64,000 nucleotides of DNA, taken from NCBI RefSeq assembly GCF_003334405.1, contig NZ_QOWM01000001.1; one strand, 5' to 3'. Numbering within the stretch: the first letter of the stretch is position 1; each line of letters begins with the position of its first letter. Below are positions 39,825 through 50,818 of this stretch, piece after piece. The notes beneath the pieces were generated by a model, which was not told the DNA's origin, did not search any database, and worked only from the letters and a program-made list of their open reading frames with translations. This DNA is from Escherichia coli. Lineage in GTDB: Bacteria > Pseudomonadota > Gammaproteobacteria > Enterobacterales > Enterobacteriaceae. The translations under genes were made by a program, and so were the position numbers.

Positions 39825-40649
39825 ATGAAAAAGGTCGCAATTGTCGGGTTAGGGTGGTTAGGCATGCCGCTGGCGATGTCACTTTCAGCGCGAGGCTGGC
39901 AAGTCACCGGGAGTAAAACCACACAAGATGGTGTCGAAGCGGCCCGAATGAGTGGCATTGATAGCTATCTGCTTCGCATGGAGCCTGAGTTAGTTTGCGA
40001 TTCTGACGATCTGGATGCCCTGATGGATGTCGATGCGCTGGTCATTACGCTTCCGGCACGTCGTAGCGGCCCCGGCGATGAGTTCTATTTACAAGCGGTA
40101 CAAGAGTTAGTGGATAGCGCGCTGGCCCATCGTATTCCCCGCATTATTTTTACCAGCTCAACATCTGTCTATGGCGACGCGCAAGGCACGGTGAAAGAAA
40201 CTACCCCGCGTAATCCGGTAACCAACAGTGGACGAGTATTAGAAGAACTCGAAGACTGGCTGCACAATTTACCCGGTACTTCGGTCGATATTCTGCGTCT
40301 TGCGGGGCTGGTCGGACCGGGACGTCATCCCGGACGCTTCTTTGCCGGAAAAACCGCGCCTGATGGTGAACATGGTGTTAATTTAGTCCATTTAGAAGAT
40401 GTTATTGGCGCTATCACTCTGTTGTTACAGGCACCTAAAGGCGGACACATCTATAATATATGTGCGCCAGCTCACCCTGCGCGTAATGTTTTCTATCCGC
40501 AGATGGCCCGTTTACTGGGGCTGGAGCCTCCGCAGTTCAGAAATAGTCTGGACAGCGGCAAAGGTAAGATTATTGATGGCAGTCGGATTTGTAATGAACT
40601 GGGATTTGAATACCAGTATCCCGATCCGCTGGTAATGCCGCTGGAGTAA
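39825..40649 (+). CDS. yeeZ: NAD(P)-binding Rossmann-fold protein YeeZ
   Basis: 274 aa; N-terminal VAIVGLGWLG motif; synteny. Confidence 0.85.
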   Translation: MKKVAIVGLGWLGMPLAMSLSARGWQVTGSKTTQDGVEAARMSGIDSYLLRMEPELVCDSDDLDALMDVDALVITLPARRSGPGDEFYLQAVQELVDSALAHRIPRIIFTSSTSVYGDAQGTVKETTPRNPVTNSGRVLEELEDWLHNLPGTSVDILRLAGLVGPGRHPGRFFAGKTAPDGEHGVNLVHLEDVIGAITLLLQAPKGGHIYNICAPAHPARNVFYPQMARLLGLEPPQFRNSLDSGKGKIIDGSRICNELGFEYQYPDPLVMPLE

Positions 40650-40673
40650 ACGATCACGCCAGCAGGACGCCGC

Positions 40674-41624
40674 ATGCACTGCAAGGGGGCGTGTATGAAA
40701 CCACTGCTGGATGTGTTGATGATCCTCGATGCCTTAGAAAAAGAAGGCAGTTTTGCGGCGGCGTCGGCCAAACTCTATAAGACGCCGTCCGCTCTGAGTT
40801 ACACCGTTCACAAGCTGGAAAGCGACCTTAATATTCAATTGCTTGATCGTAGCGGTCACCGCGCTAAATTCACCCGTACCGGAAAAATGTTATTAGAGAA
40901 AGGGCGGGAAGTTCTGCATACCGTGCGAGAACTGGAAAAGCAGGCGATCAAACTGCATGAAGGCTGGGAAAACGAGCTGGTGATTGGCGTGGACGACACG
41001 TTTCCTTTTTCTCTGCTTGCGCCACTGATTGAAGCTTTTTATCAACATCATAGCGTGACGCGCCTGAAGTTTATCAATGGCGTACTCGGTGGTTCCTGGG
41101 ATGCCCTGACTCAGGGGCGAGCGGATATTATTGTTGGCGCGATGCATGAGCCACCATCTTCCAGTGAGTTTGGTTTTTCACGGTTGGGCGATCTGGAACA
41201 AGTCTTTGCGGTCGCGCCTCATCATCCGTTAGCCCTGGAAGAAGAGCCGTTAAATCGTCGTATTATTAAGCGATATCGGGCGATTGTGGTGGGGGATACT
41301 GCGCAGGCAGGCGCTTCTACGGCCTCACAACTTCTCGACGAACAAGAAGCCATTACCGTTTTCGATTTTAAAACCAAGCTGGAGCTGCAAATTAGCGGCC
41401 TCGGCTGCGGCTATTTACCCCGTTATCTGGCGCAACGTTTTCTCGATAGTGGCGCGTTAATCGAGAAGAAAGTGGTCGCCCAAACTCTCTTTGAACCCGT
41501 CTGGATTGGCTGGAATGAACAGACCGCAGGACTTGCCAGTGGCTGGTGGCGGGATGAAATTTTAGCAAATAGTGCGATCGCCGGTGTTTATGCAAAATCT
41601 GATGACGGAAAATCAGCCATTTAA
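40674..41624 (+). CDS. yeeY: LysR-family transcriptional regulator YeeY
   Basis: N-terminal HTH (GSFAAASAKLYKTPSALSYTV) and LysR substrate domain; true start may be the internal ATG at 40695. Confidence 0.85.
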   Translation: MHCKGACMKPLLDVLMILDALEKEGSFAAASAKLYKTPSALSYTVHKLESDLNIQLLDRSGHRAKFTRTGKMLLEKGREVLHTVRELEKQAIKLHEGWENELVIGVDDTFPFSLLAPLIEAFYQHHSVTRLKFINGVLGGSWDALTQGRADIIVGAMHEPPSSSEFGFSRLGDLEQVFAVAPHHPLALEEEPLNRRIIKRYRAIVVGDTAQAGASTASQLLDEQEAITVFDFKTKLELQISGLGCGYLPRYLAQRFLDSGALIEKKVVAQTLFEPVWIGWNEQTAGLASGWWRDEILANSAIAGVYAKSDDGKSAI

Positions 41625-41707
41625 AGAAAAATTATTATGACAAGCCTCTCATTCTCTTGTCATTTCCCCCCCATTTAGGCACAATGCGCCGCTGTCAAAA
41701 AATGACT

Positions 41708-41743
41708 AAAAACCGACGTTTCATCAGCGTCGGTTATTTTTTG
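41708..41743 (+). terminator. Rho-independent terminator downstream of yeeY
   Basis: ACCGACG...CGTCGGT stem followed by T-run. Confidence 0.65.
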
Positions 41744-41890
41744 CTTCAAACCAATCATTCATACCAAGAGGCCGGGCTTCGTACCGGATAGATATTTACT
41801 AAAAATCGACAGTTGTTGTCGCTGAGGAATCCAAAAAAATGGGGCAATTTTTTGCTTACGCGACGGTTATCACTGTAAAGGAGAATGACC

Positions 41891-43249
41891 ATGTCGCATA
41901 ACGTTACTCCAAACACCTCTCGCGTGGAATTGCGTAAAACGCTTACGTTAGTTCCGGTTGTAATGATGGGTCTTGCCTATATGCAGCCGATGACGCTGTT
42001 TGATACTTTTGGTATCGTTTCAGGCCTCACGGATGGTCATGTGCCGACAGCCTATGCGTTCGCATTGATTGCGATCCTGTTTACGGCTCTGAGCTACGGG
42101 AAGCTGGTTCGCCGCTATCCTTCTGCTGGCTCTGCATACACTTACGCCCAGAAATCCATTAGCCCGACTGTCGGCTTTATGGTGGGTTGGTCTTCTCTGC
42201 TCGACTATCTGTTCGCGCCGATGATCAACATTCTGCTGGCGAAAATCTATTTTGAAGCTCTGGTGCCTTCCATCCCATCGTGGATGTTTGTGGTGGCGCT
42301 GGTGGCCTTTATGACCGCCTTTAACCTGCGTAGTCTGAAATCCGTAGCGAACTTCAACACTGTAATCGTCGTGTTGCAGGTAGTGCTGATCGCGGTGATT
42401 CTGGGCATGGTTGTTTATGGCGTATTTGAAGGTGAAGGCGCTGGTACGCTGGCGAGCACTCGTCCGTTCTGGTCTGGCGATGCGCATGTTATCCCGATGA
42501 TTACCGGGGCGACAATCCTGTGCTTCTCCTTTACCGGCTTTGACGGCATCAGCAACCTGTCGGAAGAAACCAAAGATGCAGAGCGCGTGATCCCGCGTGC
42601 GATTTTCCTGACCGCGCTGATTGGCGGCATGATCTTCATCTTTGCAACTTACTTCCTGCAGCTGTACTTCCCGGATATCTCTCGCTTTAAAGATCCGGAT
42701 GCGTCACAGCCTGAAATCATGCTGTACGTTGCGGGTAAAGCGTTCCAGGTTGGCGCGCTGATCTTCTCCACCATTACCGTACTGGCGTCCGGTATGGCGG
42801 CGCATGCAGGCGTAGCGCGTCTGATGTACGTAATGGGTCGTGACGGCGTATTCCCGAAAAGCTTCTTCGGTTATGTACACCCGAAATGGCGTACTCCGGC
42901 GATGAACATCATCCTGGTTGGCGCGATTGCCCTGTTGGCAATCAACTTCGACCTGGTAATGGCTACAGCGCTGATTAACTTTGGTGCGTTGGTGGCGTTC
43001 ACCTTCGTTAACCTGTCGGTCATCTCGCAGTTCTGGATCCGTGAGAAGCGTAATAAGACGCTGAAAGATCACTTCCAGTATCTGTTCCTGCCGATGTGTG
43101 GTGCGCTGACCGTTGGTGCGCTGTGGGTTAACCTGGAAGAAAGCTCAATGGTTCTGGGTCTGATCTGGGCGGCTATCGGTCTGATTTACCTGGCTTGCGT
43201 CACCAAGAGTTTCCGTAACCCGGTTCCGCAGTACGAAGACGTAGCGTAA
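41891..43249 (+). CDS. plaP: Putrescine importer (APC family amino acid/polyamine permease)
   Basis: Start taken at [14 protein letters not shown]; 12-TM APC transporter. Confidence 0.9.
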   Translation: MSHNVTPNTSRVELRKTLTLVPVVMMGLAYMQPMTLFDTFGIVSGLTDGHVPTAYAFALIAILFTALSYGKLVRRYPSAGSAYTYAQKSISPTVGFMVGWSSLLDYLFAPMINILLAKIYFEALVPSIPSWMFVVALVAFMTAFNLRSLKSVANFNTVIVVLQVVLIAVILGMVVYGVFEGEGAGTLASTRPFWSGDAHVIPMITGATILCFSFTGFDGISNLSEETKDAERVIPRAIFLTALIGGMIFIFATYFLQLYFPDISRFKDPDASQPEIMLYVAGKAFQVGALIFSTITVLASGMAAHAGVARLMYVMGRDGVFPKSFFGYVHPKWRTPAMNIILVGAIALLAINFDLVMATALINFGALVAFTFVNLSVISQFWIREKRNKTLKDHFQYLFLPMCGALTVGALWVNLEESSMVLGLIWAAIGLIYLACVTKSFRNPVPQYEDVA

Positions 43250-43266
43250 TCATCTTTTGTAATAAT

Positions 43267-43305
43267 AAACCGGAGCCAAATGAATATTTGGCTCCGGTTT
43301 TTTTA
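43267..43305 (+). terminator. Rho-independent terminator downstream of plaP
   Basis: CCGGAGCCAAA...TTTGGCTCCGG stem followed by T7 run. Confidence 0.8.
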
Positions 43306-43427
43306 TTCTTTTTTATCGACATCCTCATTAATAACCATTTGTTCTAATTTAGAGAATTTGGTTATTGGTCTGCATTCCACCAGTCATGAATAATTTCCCT
43401 ATTAACATTCATCTGGTTAATTAATTT

Positions 43428-44486
43428 ATGTTTTCAATGATATTAAGCGGGCTAATTTGTGGTGCTCTGCTGGGATTTGTCATGCAGCGTGGGCGTTTTT
43501 GCCTGACAGGTGGTTTTCGCGATATGTATCTCGCGAAAAATAATCGCATGTTTTACGCCTTGCTGATTGCAATTTCGGTACAAAGTGTGGGGGTTTTTGC
43601 GTTAATTCAGGCGGGCCTACTGACTTACGAAGCCGGGGCGTTCCCGTGGCTTGGTACTGTTATAGGTGGGTATATCTTTGGGCTGGGAATTGTTCTGGCG
43701 GGTGGATGTGCCACCGGGACCTGGTATCGCGCGGGTGAGGGATTGATCGGCAGTTGGATCGCGCTTTTCACTTATATGGTGATGAGTGCGGTGATGCGTT
43801 CTCCACATGCCAGTGGTTTAAATCAAACCTTGCAGCACTACAGTACTGAACATAACTCTATTGCTGAGACTTTTAATTTGTCTGTGTGGCCGTTGGTTGC
43901 CGTTTTGCTGGTGATAACGCTCTGGGTGGTGATGAAAGAGTTGAAGAAGCCAAAACTCAAAGTCGCGACCTTACCGCCGCGCCGAACCGGGATCGCTCAT
44001 ATTCTGTTTGAAAAACGCTGGCATCCCTTTGTCACTGCTGTACTCATCGGTTTGATTGCGCTTTTAGCCTGGCCCCTGAGTGAAGCAACCGGACGCATGT
44101 TTGGGTTAGGAATCACTTCCCCAACGGCCAATATTCTGCAATTTCTGGTCGCGGGTGACGTGAAATACATTAACTGGGGCGTTTTCCTGGTGTTAGGGAT
44201 CTTCGTGGGGTCATTTATTGCAGCCAAAGCGAGCCGTGAGTTCCGCGTTCGCGCAGCTGATGCACAAACAACATTACGTAGCGGGTTAGGTGGTGTACTG
44301 ATGGGCTTCGGTGCCAGTATTGCAGGTGGTTGCTCTATCGGTAATGGACTGGTTATGACTGCAATGATGACCTGGCAGGGCTGGATTGGCCTTGTATTTA
44401 TGATTCTCGGAGTCTGGACTGCGTCCTGGCTTGTGTATGTTCGACCGCAGCGTAAGGCGCGACTGGCAACTGCTGCGGCAAATTAA
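43428..44486 (+). CDS. yeeE: YeeE/YedE-family thiosulfate transporter
   Basis: 352 aa membrane protein with two conserved Cys-containing repeats (GRFCLTGG, GGCSIGNG). Confidence 0.85.
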   Translation: MFSMILSGLICGALLGFVMQRGRFCLTGGFRDMYLAKNNRMFYALLIAISVQSVGVFALIQAGLLTYEAGAFPWLGTVIGGYIFGLGIVLAGGCATGTWYRAGEGLIGSWIALFTYMVMSAVMRSPHASGLNQTLQHYSTEHNSIAETFNLSVWPLVAVLLVITLWVVMKELKKPKLKVATLPPRRTGIAHILFEKRWHPFVTAVLIGLIALLAWPLSEATGRMFGLGITSPTANILQFLVAGDVKYINWGVFLVLGIFVGSFIAAKASREFRVRAADAQTTLRSGLGGVLMGFGASIAGGCSIGNGLVMTAMMTWQGWIGLVFMILGVWTASWLVYVRPQRKARLATAAAN

Positions 44487-44499
44487 GTAAGGTGTAAAG

Positions 44500-44727
44500 A
44501 TGGCGATTAAAAAGCTGGATGTGGTGACGCAGGTCTGTCCGTTTCCACTCATAGAAGCAAAAGCAGCACTGGCAGAAATGGCCAGCGGCGATGAGTTGGT
44601 AATTGAGTTTGATTGCACCCAGGCAACTGAAGCAATCCCACAGTGGGCGGCAGAAGAAGGACATGCCATCACCGATTATCAGCAGATTGGCGATGCAGCG
44701 TGGAGCATCACCGTTCAAAAAGCCTGA
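44500..44727 (+). CDS. yeeD: TusA-like sulfurtransferase YeeD
   Basis: 75 aa; CPFP motif (TusA-type active Cys); immediately downstream of yeeE. Confidence 0.85.
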   Translation: MAIKKLDVVTQVCPFPLIEAKAALAEMASGDELVIEFDCTQATEAIPQWAAEEGHAITDYQQIGDAAWSITVQKA

Positions 44728-44769
44728 CTCAACATTGTCCTCCGCCGTACCAGCGGCGGAGGCTTCAAA

Positions 44770-46197
44770 TTAGACGATCTCTTCCGCGTACTGCCAAAGC
44801 GCTTTTAACAGCGCCACTTTCTCTTTGTCATCGGCATATTGTTGTGCCAGCATCTGCAATTCATCTGCATAACCCTGTAAAAACTCTGGCGTGAAGACCT
44901 GGCGGCGGTGCTCCAGCCAGCGTTGCTGCTCGGCATAATCCAGCGTCCCCGGGAAGTTGCGCGCCCGATAATTGAACAACAGCTTTTCAATCCGTTTATC
45001 GACAAAAGTGATATCCAGTGCCGGTAAATTACGCGGCTCGGTTTCCAGCACAATTTTCATTGCTGCACGATCGGCGTCACTGAAAAAGCCGTTATAAAGC
45101 TGTGCATCCACGTTATCTGAAGGCGTAAACGGTTCGGCTTCCGCGAATATCGCCACCACTTTTTCGCGCACTTGCGGATTTTCACGCAGAATTTTCAGGT
45201 TATCGAGGCAATGCTGACGATTAATTCCCAGTCGGTCGGCATCTTCCGGGCGTAGCGTATTCGCCTGGGCCAGCACCGGACATTTATTGATATGCACCAG
45301 CTTAACCGGAACGGCGGCGTTATCGCCAAGATCGGTTTTTGCGGTATATAAACGCTCGCGCAATGTGTCGCTATCCAGTTCCAGTAATGGCGAAATGTCT
45401 CCTGCCAAATCCACCATAATTACAGCATTGCGATTTTCAGGATGCCACGCCAGCGGTGCCACCCAGCTGGTATTGCCGCGCCATGCCCCAAACATTCCGG
45501 AAACGTGAACCAGGGGTTTCATCTGCGGAACATCAATCAACGCCATCAGTTTGTGTTTATTACGATGGGTAAAGAGATAATCAAACAGGCGTGGCTGACG
45601 CGTTTTTACCAGTTTCGCCATCGCAATAGTGGCGTACACATCAGCCATCGCATCGTGGGCGTTGCTATGTTCAATACCATTCGCTTTGGTTAAATGCTCA
45701 AGGCGAAAGCTCGGTAGACCGTCATCATTTTCAGGCCAGTTTATTCCTTCCGGGCGCAGGGCATAACAGGCACGCATAACATCCAACAAATCCCAGCGCG
45801 AGTTATCATGCTGCCAGCTCCAGGCGTAAGGATCGTAGAAATTACGATAAAAAACGTTGCGTGTGACTTCGTCGTCGAAACGCACATTGTTGTAGCCCAG
45901 AATACAGGTCTTCGGTACGGTAAAAAGCGAGTGAATACGGGCGGCAAACGCGGCTTCGTTTTCTCCTTTCGCCCGTGCTTCCTGCGGGGTAATACCGGTA
46001 ATTAATACTGCTCCAGGCTGGGGTAAATAGTCATCCGCGGGCTTGCAGTAAAAGACTTCGGGTTCGCCGATGACATTGAATTCGCTATCGGTGCGAATGG
46101 CTGCGAACTGTGCAGGGCGATCTAACGCGGGGTGCGTGCCAAAGGTTTCGTAATCGTGAAACAAAAAGGTAGATTGTTGCTTACCGTCATTCATCAT
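44770..46197 (-). CDS. sbcB: Exodeoxyribonuclease I
   Basis: Start taken at MMNDGKQQSTFLFHDYETFGT (DEDD exonuclease motif); listed ORF extends 16 codons upstream. Confidence 0.95.
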   Translation of the reverse strand: MMNDGKQQSTFLFHDYETFGTHPALDRPAQFAAIRTDSEFNVIGEPEVFYCKPADDYLPQPGAVLITGITPQEARAKGENEAAFAARIHSLFTVPKTCILGYNNVRFDDEVTRNVFYRNFYDPYAWSWQHDNSRWDLLDVMRACYALRPEGINWPENDDGLPSFRLEHLTKANGIEHSNAHDAMADVYATIAMAKLVKTRQPRLFDYLFTHRNKHKLMALIDVPQMKPLVHVSGMFGAWRGNTSWVAPLAWHPENRNAVIMVDLAGDISPLLELDSDTLRERLYTAKTDLGDNAAVPVKLVHINKCPVLAQANTLRPEDADRLGINRQHCLDNLKILRENPQVREKVVAIFAEAEPFTPSDNVDAQLYNGFFSDADRAAMKIVLETEPRNLPALDITFVDKRIEKLLFNYRARNFPGTLDYAEQQRWLEHRRQVFTPEFLQGYADELQMLAQQYADDKEKVALLKALWQYAEEIV

Positions 46198-46399
46198 TAG
46201 GTTAAATCCGTTATTTCTGCTGTCTGCCAGAGTATCAAATATCACCGTGCTAATCAGCTTTAGCGCAACAATTTGACAGCGAGTGGCAACAGATCATGTC
46301 AGATAAAAATGAGAGAGTAGTCACATTTTCTTGCACTTTATTCCAGCCAGTTCATAAGTATTTCCGTAAAAAGAACAGCTATTTGAAACTCCTGAGGGT

Positions 46400-47572
46400 T
46401 TGCTGTTGAAACGCCGTCTTATTATTGCTGCTTCTTTGTTCGTTTTTAACTTATCGTCTGGTTTTGCGGCGGAAAACATTCCTTTTTCACCTCAGCCTCC
46501 ACAGATTCATGCCGGGTCCTGGGTACTGATGGATTACACCACCGGTCAGATCCTCACCGCGGGTAATGAGCATCAACAGCGCAATCCCGCCAGCCTGACA
46601 AAGCTGATGACGGGTTATGTCGTGGATCGCGCTATCGATAGTCATCGCATTACGCCAGACGATATTGTCACCGTGGGGCGCGATGCGTGGGCGAAAGATA
46701 ATCCGGTGTTTGTCGGTTCTTCACTGATGTTTTTGAAAGAGGGCGATCGCGTATCGGTACGTGATTTAAGCCGTGGTTTAATTGTGGATTCCGGAAATGA
46801 CGCTTGTGTTGCTCTGGCTGACTATATTGCCGGTGGGCAACGGCAGTTTGTTGAAATGATGAACAACTATGCCGAGAAGCTGCATCTCAAGGATACGCAT
46901 TTTGAAACAGTGCATGGTCTGGATGCACCTGGCCAGCATAGCTCGGCTTATGATTTAGCTGTGCTTTCTCGCGCTATCATCCACGGCGAGCCCGAGTTTT
47001 ATCATATGTACAGTGAGAAAAGTCTCACCTGGAACGGTATCACCCAGCAAAACCGTAACGGGTTGTTGTGGGATAAAACCATGAATGTTGACGGCCTGAA
47101 AACGGGTCATACTTCTGGTGCCGGGTTTAATCTCATTGCTTCGGCTGTAGATGGGCAGCGTCGTCTCATTGCAGTGGTAATGGGGGCTGACAGTGCAAAA
47201 GGTCGTGAGGAAGAGGCAAGAAAATTACTGCGTTGGGGGCAACAAAACTTTACTACGGTGCAAATTTTGCACCGTGGGAAAAAGGTCGGAACGGAACGCA
47301 TCTGGTATGGCGATAAAGAAAATATCGACCTGGGAACGGAACAAGAGTTCTGGATGGTGCTACCGAAAGCCGAAATTCCACATATCAAAGCCAAATATAC
47401 CCTTGATGGTAAAGAGCTCACCGCGCCAATTAGCGCCCATCAGCGGGTAGGGGAAATTGAACTTTACGACCGTGATAAACAGGTGGCGCACTGGCCGCTG
47501 GTTACCCTGGAATCTGTCGGGGAAGGCAGCATGTTTTCTCGCCTGAGTGATTATTTCCACCATAAGGCCTGA
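46400..47572 (+). CDS. dacD: D-alanyl-D-alanine carboxypeptidase (PBP6b)
   Basis: 390 aa; signal peptide, SLTK active-site motif (ASLTKLMT); apparent TTG start. Confidence 0.9.
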   Translation: MLLKRRLIIAASLFVFNLSSGFAAENIPFSPQPPQIHAGSWVLMDYTTGQILTAGNEHQQRNPASLTKLMTGYVVDRAIDSHRITPDDIVTVGRDAWAKDNPVFVGSSLMFLKEGDRVSVRDLSRGLIVDSGNDACVALADYIAGGQRQFVEMMNNYAEKLHLKDTHFETVHGLDAPGQHSSAYDLAVLSRAIIHGEPEFYHMYSEKSLTWNGITQQNRNGLLWDKTMNVDGLKTGHTSGAGFNLIASAVDGQRRLIAVVMGADSAKGREEEARKLLRWGQQNFTTVQILHRGKKVGTERIWYGDKENIDLGTEQEFWMVLPKAEIPHIKAKYTLDGKELTAPISAHQRVGEIELYDRDKQVAHWPLVTLESVGEGSMFSRLSDYFHHKA

Positions 47573-47656
47573 CCTTTCTTTTGCAGCAGACTGGCAGGAG
47601 TGCGAGTCTGCTCGCATAATCAACACTCATTCCTTGTGGTTTTAATTTTGCAACTA

Positions 47657-47676
47657 TACTGTATATAAAAACAGCA
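47657..47676 (+). promoter_or_regulatory. LexA (SOS) box upstream of sbmC
   Basis: TACTGTATATAAAAACAGCA matches CTGT-N8-ACAG consensus, 15 nt upstream of sbmC ATG. Confidence 0.85.
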
Positions 47677-47690
47677 TCAATGGAGGCGTC

Positions 47691-48164
47691 ATGAACTACG
47701 AGATTAAGCAGGAAGAGAAACGTACCGTTGCAGGTTTCCATCTCGTTGGCCCGTGGGAACAGACGGTAAAGAAAGGTTTTGAGCAGTTGATGATGTGGGT
47801 AGATAGCAAAAATATTGTGCCGAAGGAGTGGGTTGCTGTCTATTACGACAATCCGGATGAAACACCCGCCGAAAAATTACGCTGCGACACCGTCGTGACG
47901 GTACCGAATAACTTTACGCTCCCCGAAAACAGTGAGGGCGTCATTCTGACAGAAATTTCAGGTGGTCAATATGCGGTGGCGGTGGCTCGTGTAGTCGGTG
48001 ATGATTTTGCTAAACCCTGGTATCAGTTCTTTAATAGCCTCTTGCAGGACAGTGCTTATGAAATGTTACCAAAGCCCTGCTTCGAGGTTTACTTGAACAA
48101 TGGCGCGGAAGATGGGTACTGGGATATCGAAATGTATGTTGCGGTGCAGCCAAAACATCACTAA
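47691..48164 (+). CDS. sbmC: DNA gyrase inhibitor SbmC (GyrI)
   Basis: 157 aa; synteny and LexA box. Confidence 0.9.
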   Translation: MNYEIKQEEKRTVAGFHLVGPWEQTVKKGFEQLMMWVDSKNIVPKEWVAVYYDNPDETPAEKLRCDTVVTVPNNFTLPENSEGVILTEISGGQYAVAVARVVGDDFAKPWYQFFNSLLQDSAYEMLPKPCFEVYLNNGAEDGYWDIEMYVAVQPKHH

Positions 48165-48361
48165 TTCATCTCAGGGCGGTGTGTTAACGCGAAGACCACT
48201 CTTTTTTTGAAAGCGAAAAGAGTAAGATGCGCCTTTCAAATTTTTCGCTCCTGCCGGGAAATTACACTGTTCCCGGTATGTCCGTCGGATAACTCAGAGG
48301 CGCGCCTTCTGGCCGACAGATGTGTTATGAGCGCTTTTCATCTTCATTACGGAGTTTCTGA

Positions 48362-49420
48362 GTGCGTGCCGATAAGTCATTAAGCCCGTTTGAAATCCGG
48401 GTATACCGCCATTACCGCATTGTGCATGGTACTCGGGTCGCGCTGGCATTCCTGCTCACTTTTCTCATTATCCGCCTGTTTACTATCCCGGAAAGCACCT
48501 GGCCGCTGGTCACCATGGTGGTGATTATGGGGCCAATCTCGTTCTGGGGGAACGTTGTCCCTCGTGCCTTCGAACGTATTGGCGGTACGGTGTTGGGGTC
48601 GATTTTAGGTCTTATCGCTCTGCAACTGGAGTTAATTTCGTTACCGCTGATGTTAGTCTGGTGCGCGGCGGCGATGTTTCTTTGCGGTTGGCTGGCGCTG
48701 GGCAAGAAACCGTATCAAGGATTATTGATTGGGGTGACGCTGGCAATTGTTGTGGGTTCCCCGACAGGTGAAATTGATACGGCGTTATGGCGAAGCGGCG
48801 ATGTGATCCTCGGCTCTTTACTGGCAATGTTGTTTACCGGTATCTGGCCACAACGGGCGTTCATCCACTGGCGCATTCAACTGGCGAAAAGTCTGACCGA
48901 GTATAATCGGGTCTATCAATCTGCATTCTCACCGAACTTACTCGAACGCCCACGTCTGGAAAGCCATCTACAAAAACTGCTGACCGATGCCGTGAAAATG
49001 CGTGGGCTGATTGCGCCCGCCAGCAAAGAAACCCGTATTCCCAAATCGATATATGAAGGTATCCAGACCATTAACCGCAATCTGGTTTGTATGCTGGAGT
49101 TGCAAATCAATGCGTACTGGGCCACGCGCCCCAGCCATTTCGTGTTATTGAACGCGCAAAAACTTCGTGATACCCAGCACATGATGCAGCAAATACTGCT
49201 GAGCCTTGTTCATGCGCTGTACGAAGGTAATCCGCAGCCGGTTTTTGCCAATACGGAAAAATTGAACGATGCTGTGGAAGAGCTGCGTCAGTTGCTCGAT
49301 AACCACCATGACCTGAAGGTTGTGGAAACACCAATCTATGGTTATGTGTGGCTGAACATGGAAACGGCACATCAGCTTGAGTTGCTATCGAATCTGATTT
49401 GCCGGGCCTTGCGCAAATAA
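48362..49420 (+). CDS. yeeA: Inner membrane protein YeeA (FUSC-like)
   Basis: 352 aa with N-terminal TM helices; probable GTG start; synteny. Confidence 0.8.
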   Translation: MRADKSLSPFEIRVYRHYRIVHGTRVALAFLLTFLIIRLFTIPESTWPLVTMVVIMGPISFWGNVVPRAFERIGGTVLGSILGLIALQLELISLPLMLVWCAAAMFLCGWLALGKKPYQGLLIGVTLAIVVGSPTGEIDTALWRSGDVILGSLLAMLFTGIWPQRAFIHWRIQLAKSLTEYNRVYQSAFSPNLLERPRLESHLQKLLTDAVKMRGLIAPASKETRIPKSIYEGIQTINRNLVCMLELQINAYWATRPSHFVLLNAQKLRDTQHMMQQILLSLVHALYEGNPQPVFANTEKLNDAVEELRQLLDNHHDLKVVETPIYGYVWLNMETAHQLELLSNLICRALRK

Positions 49421-49591
49421 TTCCTGAACTTCAGAATCATCTTGCTGCTGCTTCGATTCAGCAAGGATAAAGGGTATGATAGTGAAAAGGGATAAAAGCA
49501 TTGTCATCTGCGGCAGCTATGAGTAATGTTGGCCCTAACGAATAGCGGTTGCTTAAACGAATCCGACTCTCACATTATCAGGGGTATAAAA

Positions 49592-49921
49592 ATGGAAACT
49601 ACCAAGCCTTCATTCCAGGACGTACTGGAATTTGTTCGTCTGTTCCGTCGTAAGAACAAACTGCAACGTGAAATTCAGGACGTTGAGAAAAAGATCCGTG
49701 ACAACCAGAAGCGCGTCCTGTTGCTGGACAACCTGAGCGATTACATCAAGCCAGGGATGAGCGTTGAAGCAATCCAGGGCATCATCGCCAGCATGAAAGG
49801 TGACTATGAAGATCGCGTTGACGATTACATCATCAAAAATGCCGAGCTCTCCAAAGAACGCCGCGATATCTCCAAAAAGCTGAAAGCTATGGGCGAAATG
49901 AAAAACGGCGAAGCGAAGTAA
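49592..49921 (+). CDS. yeeX: UPF0265 protein YeeX
   Basis: 109 aa from [27 protein letters not shown] with SD upstream; listed ORF has a spurious upstream extension. Confidence 0.9.
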   Translation: METTKPSFQDVLEFVRLFRRKNKLQREIQDVEKKIRDNQKRVLLLDNLSDYIKPGMSVEAIQGIIASMKGDYEDRVDDYIIKNAELSKERRDISKKLKAMGEMKNGEAK

Positions 49922-50021
49922 TTCCCGTTTTATTCAATGAGGGTTGCCCGGCAACCTTCATTGCTCATTGATTCTTATCTGTGTATCACCGTCATCATTC
50001 TCATCTGAGAACCAATCGAAA

Positions 50022-50260
50022 TTAACAACAGCCTTCTTCTGTATGCAGCAAGGCAAAAAGTTCTGTAACTCCATTGTTATTAACTGCACTGGTTACTAAC
50101 ACGTTGTGCGCTCCAGCTTCCCGTAACCAACTTTTCACCAAAGATATTTGTTCCATGCTGGCTAAATCTGCTTTGGTTACTACTCCAATGACCGGGTGAT
50201 TCATGGCCCGGTAGGGCGTTTTTACCTCTAATTCCTGCTTCAGCGCTGAGATTCCTGCTT
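50022..50260 (-). pseudogene. C-terminal fragment of a EutP/PduV-family small GTPase (yoeF-like remnant)
   Basis: PVIGVVTKADLAS...LFALL resembles the PduV/EutP C-terminus; no N-terminal P-loop region present; truncated at the IS66 junction. Confidence 0.4.
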
Positions 50261-50261
50261 G

Positions 50262-50434
50262 TTGCCGGAAAAGCAGGCACCTGCCGTCTGAACGGTATCG
50301 ATCCGGAAGCGTATCTGCGCCATATTCTGAGCATACTGCCGGAATGGCCCTCCAACCGTGTTGACGAACTCCTGCCATGGAACGTAGTTCTCACCAATAA
50401 ATAAGCGTCAATACGGTGCTCCGTTGACGCTTAC
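50262..50434 (+). mobile_element. IS66-family element remnant: last ~45 codons of transposase plus terminal repeat
   Basis: Translation ...GTCRLNGIDPEAYLRHILSILPEWPSNRVDELLPWNVVLTNK*; about 85-90 percent nucleotide match to the inverted copy at 57659-57805; ends ...CGCTTAC. Confidence 0.65.
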
Positions 50435-50818
50435 TTTAATCCGTTTTCTGAGCTTAGATTTTTCTGTTCCTACCCAGACCGTGGATTTGGAATTCATTTT
50501 TTGTCAGGTCAATGCTAATCGTTAAAACGGCCATAACGCACCTCCACTGGAAGGTTTATCAGTAATATCCTACCGTTGCTTCATGGTCGGGGCGTCCATT
50601 CCATTATTATCGGTTTTCCTTTCTGTTTATAAATGAAAACGCCAGCTGTATTCAGGCTGGCGTCAGGGGAAATGAAGCCTGTTGAGTGAGATTCACCGGT
50701 TCTGGTGCAGAAGCTGCAGATGGCGCAGGGTAAGGACATCTTCTCTTGCCTGCTTAATACAGGACAACAGTGCTGTTTCTGTGGTTAATGGCACTATACC
50801 CTGCATCACTGCATTGTC

